This document shows, one piece after another, positions 61,097 through 64,000 of a DNA stretch of 64,000 nt. The translations under genes and the position numbers were made by a program. The stretch is taken from NCBI GenBank assembly GCA_951406725.2, contig OX597816.1:127782001-127846000 (forward strand). The letters run 5' to 3'. The DNA is from Octopus vulgaris (Eukaryota). The notes under the pieces are model-generated. The model was not told the origin of the DNA and made no database searches. It saw only the letters and a list, made by a program, of their open reading frames with translations. Positions within the stretch are counted from its first letter, which is position 1, and each line of letters begins with the position of its first letter.

Positions 61097-61420
61097 GGTG
61101 CATGGCTCAGTGGTTAGAGCATTGGGCTCACAATCATGAGGTAGTGATTTCAGTTCCCAGACCAGGTTGTCTTGAGCCAGATACTTTATTTGATGATGCT
61201 CCAGTTCACTCAGCTGGGAAAATATGTTGCGACATCACTGGTGCCAAGCTGTATCAGCCTTTGCCTTGGACAACATCAGTGGCATGGGGAAAGAAGACTG
61301 GTATGCATAAGAGACTGCTAGTCTTCCACATGAACAACTTGACATGACTTGTGCCTCAGAGGAGAACTTTCTGGATGCAATCCCATGGTCATTCATGACT
61401 GAAGGGGTTCTTTACCCTTT
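61097..61420 (+). mobile_element. CORE-type tRNA SINE
   Basis: ggtgcatggctcagtggttagagc (A box)...gtcttgagccagatactttattt...gctccagttcactcagctgg. Confidence 0.8.
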
Positions 61421-61532
61421 ACACACACACACACCTCTAAAATGAACAAGGGCACTAATCAGTACTAGTATTGCTAGAAATAAAAGTCAAAACAACTCAG
61501 TAGCCAGCAATATAATATATATATATATATCT

Positions 61533-61770
61533 ACATGGTTTCGGGTTTAGTCCCACTGCGTGGCACTTTGGGTAGGTGTCTTCCGCTATAGCCCCGAGCC
61601 GACCGGAGCTTTGTGATTGAATTCGGTAGGCGGGAGTTACTGCCGTGTGTGTATGTGTGCGTATAGCTACTCAGTGCCTCTCTGAAAGAGAGAGAGGGAT
61701 ATATATATTTATTTATCATCATCATCATCACCGTTTAACGTCCACCTTCCATGTTGGGATGGGTGGGACA
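61533..61770. mobile_element. 5'-truncated CORE-type SINE (+, 61533-61680) followed by a (GAT)n SINE tail (-, 61715-61770)
   Basis: ggtttcgggtttagtcccactgcgtggcactttgggtaggtgtcttc; (cat)n caccgtttaacgtccaccttccatg. Confidence 0.7.
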
Positions 61771-62025
61771 TGCACAAATGTGTGTCCGTGTGTTTGTATA
61801 GATATATGTGTTTGTATCGATAGTATTTAGAGCATAAACCAGTGGAGCAGAATATATTTTCCCACAGGTTGTGTGCAAGTGTATTTGTATAAAGGAAAAG
61901 CTTCATGTGAAGCTGCAACAATGGTCTTAAAGTACAAATTGTTTAATAAGTCAAATTCATATGAACTAAAATTTGTTATAGATGTGCAGCTTTTCTTTCC
62001 TTATATCTTATGTTTGTTGTTTCAG

Positions 62026-62094
62026 ATCCAAGAGGCTGTGAACAACGAAAACCTCAAATCAAGCATCATGCTATCATTAAATATCTTACATTAG
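62026..62094 (+). CDS. Candidate 69-nt phase 1-1 exon of an unidentified host gene (xPRGCEQRKPQIKHHAIIKYLTL)
   Basis: Long polypyrimidine tract ending ttcAG, ttag|GTgaat donor, open in phase 1, length divisible by 3. Confidence 0.4.
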   Translation: MQEAVNNENLKSSIMLSLNILH

Positions 62095-62724
62095 GTGAAT
62101 AATAAGAAATACATGCTTTAAGAGACTTATCATACGACACTTTGCTAAGGAATGTAAGGCAGTCATTTATTAAAATTTGTCAAAGTATGTTGAAAAGATT
62201 CTGGCACTAATCCTGATGTTAATAAAGGCAAACCCTGTGCAATTTCTGTTTCCCATTTTGAAATGATAACTATGAAAAATATTGTGATGAAAGTTTCTAG
62301 CCACTTAAATAATAGTGGTAATAATAACAAATCAAGGTGATTATTTGGGTGGAGCTGCAAAGCCTTTTGGAGATTTTAATTGAACAATCAAAATCAGTCA
62401 TTTACACTGTATTTATATGTATATTTCTACTCAGTTTTACATCATTTTGAAAACAAACATATGTTGTAGTATGTTCGTTTATTGAGTATTTGTGAATAGC
62501 AGAACGAGGCAATCAGTCTCAGACTGCTATGCTAATTTCACATTTTTTGCAAGGAATGCCATGAATGTTAGTATCAGTGTGTTGATGGATTTTTTTTTTG
62601 TTAGATAAACATATATAAAGGTATCTCTTTCAGAGATGCAACACACTGCTCTGGTTTATACCAGGTGTGTCATCTTTGTAACAATGCTAATTATTCTGTT
62701 GAGCATTTGAAGTGAACACACAAT

Positions 62725-62866
62725 ACAGTTCTATATTTAAGAGATGAGGAATTATTTACATTATTTACATTCAACGGATATTTGTCCTCATCTTGTTTGT
62801 TGTTCAAATCAGAATCAGTTAACAACAAACAAGACGAGGACAAATATCTGTCGAATGTAAATAATG
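62725..62866. mobile_element. Short fold-back insertion (46-bp arms, 16-nt loop) with 12-bp TSD; probable inverted PLE tail
   Basis: Arms at 62759-62804 / 62821-62866 with 3 mismatches. Direct repeat tgaacacacaat at 62713-62724 and 62865-62876. Confidence 0.75.
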
Positions 62867-62917
62867 AACACACAATGTAGTAAACTCATTTCAGAAATTC
62901 AACTCAATTTGGATGTG

Positions 62918-63996
62918 GCAAATGAATTGTAAACAAAGACACATAAATCCGCTCACAAGACTTTGGTGACCCACGGCCATAGGAGAAAAGATACAAGATG
63001 CTGAAGAGTGGATCTGGATCTGAAATCACACAGTTGGGATGTAAACTTCTTATACGTGCAAGTACATTTCAGAGGAATATGTCTTCTTACAGCGTCTCAT
63101 TTTCAATGTCAGTGTGTGTGTGATCCAGCCTTGGATTGCTTGAACAATATTATTGACTGACTACTCAGCTATTGGAAGAGTGGTACTGTTTCTCATTTGT
63201 GCTAAGTTACAGGAATGTAGACACACCAACACCATTTGTCAAGCAGTGGTAGGGAACAAAGACACACACACATATACACACACACTCAAAACTACATTGG
63301 TCACCAGCAATAGATCATATATATAACTGCATGATAAATGTAGACTGATGTTACTGTATGAATTTTTAAACTATGTTTGACTAGATATATCAGGAAGAAT
63401 TAATGTTACAAATGAGGGAAATCTAGGATGAAACTAAGTGCTATATGTCACCAAATTTAACAAACTTTAACAATAAAAAATAGTGTAGATATATGTATGT
63501 GTACATCAGTTACTGTTTCCTTACCTTGACTTTGTGTGACAGTTGTAAATGAATGTCATCATTCAAGAAGGCTGTGTCTTTCAATTCCCATCTTCTTTGA
63601 AAACATGTCCAGTTATCAGGAATGTTACTTTACATGACAACTGTTGAGGGTCGGTGGCATGAATGGCAGTCAGCTGTAGGAAAAAGTCCAGCTCAACAAA
63701 TTTCATTCAACCCATGCAAGCACGAAACAGTGAACATTAAATGGCACCGATGATCATAATGATGATAAACTCTCTCTCTCATATACACACACATACACAC
63801 CCAGACATTGAAAATGAGACATCGGAAGAGGATATAGTCCTCTGAAATGTACTTGCACGTATAAGAAGTTTACATCCCAACTGTGTGATTTCAGATCCAG
63901 ATCCACTCTTCAGCTTCTTGTATCTTTTCTCCTATGGCCATGGGTCACCAAAGTCCTGTGAGTGGATTTATGTGTCTTTGTTTACAATTCATTTGC
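62918..63996. repeat. Long inverted repeat, ~200-bp arms (62918-~63120 / ~63792-63996), ~670-bp spacer
   Basis: 62918-63076 versus the reverse complement of 63838-63996 differs at about 4 positions by eye. Homology continues inward through gtctcattttcaatgtc. Confidence 0.92.
63570..63770 (+). mobile_element. Decayed (GAT)n-tailed SINE
   Basis: caacccatgcaagcacgaaacagtgaacattaaa...gatgat resembles the 33748 tail. Confidence 0.6.
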
Positions 63997-64000
63997 TTCT

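Overview
AT-rich eukaryotic non-coding DNA. The SINE families and microsatellite load look like a cephalopod (Octopus) genome; this is recognised from memory, not searched. No complete host gene is visible, only a few weak exon candidates, and almost all long ORFs in the track are (TA)n/(CA)n translation artefacts. The centre of the window (about 22.8-44.1 kb) is a ~21-kb (TA)n/(TATG)n array. It holds four copies of one young CR1/L2-group LINE with an (AATC)n tail: a near-complete + strand copy at 37775-41060 (APE + RT ORF2 broken by two single-C frameshifts) and three truncated or scrambled minus-strand copies around an assembly gap. The flanks carry tRNA-derived SINEs, decayed RTE/RTEX/CR1 LINEs, a Tigger-like transposon and several Penelope-like element (PLE) remnants. 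The PLE remnants include GIY-YIG fragments, minimal hammerhead-ribozyme-like motifs and inverted ends. At least seven local fold-back inverted repeats could form dsRNA if transcribed.
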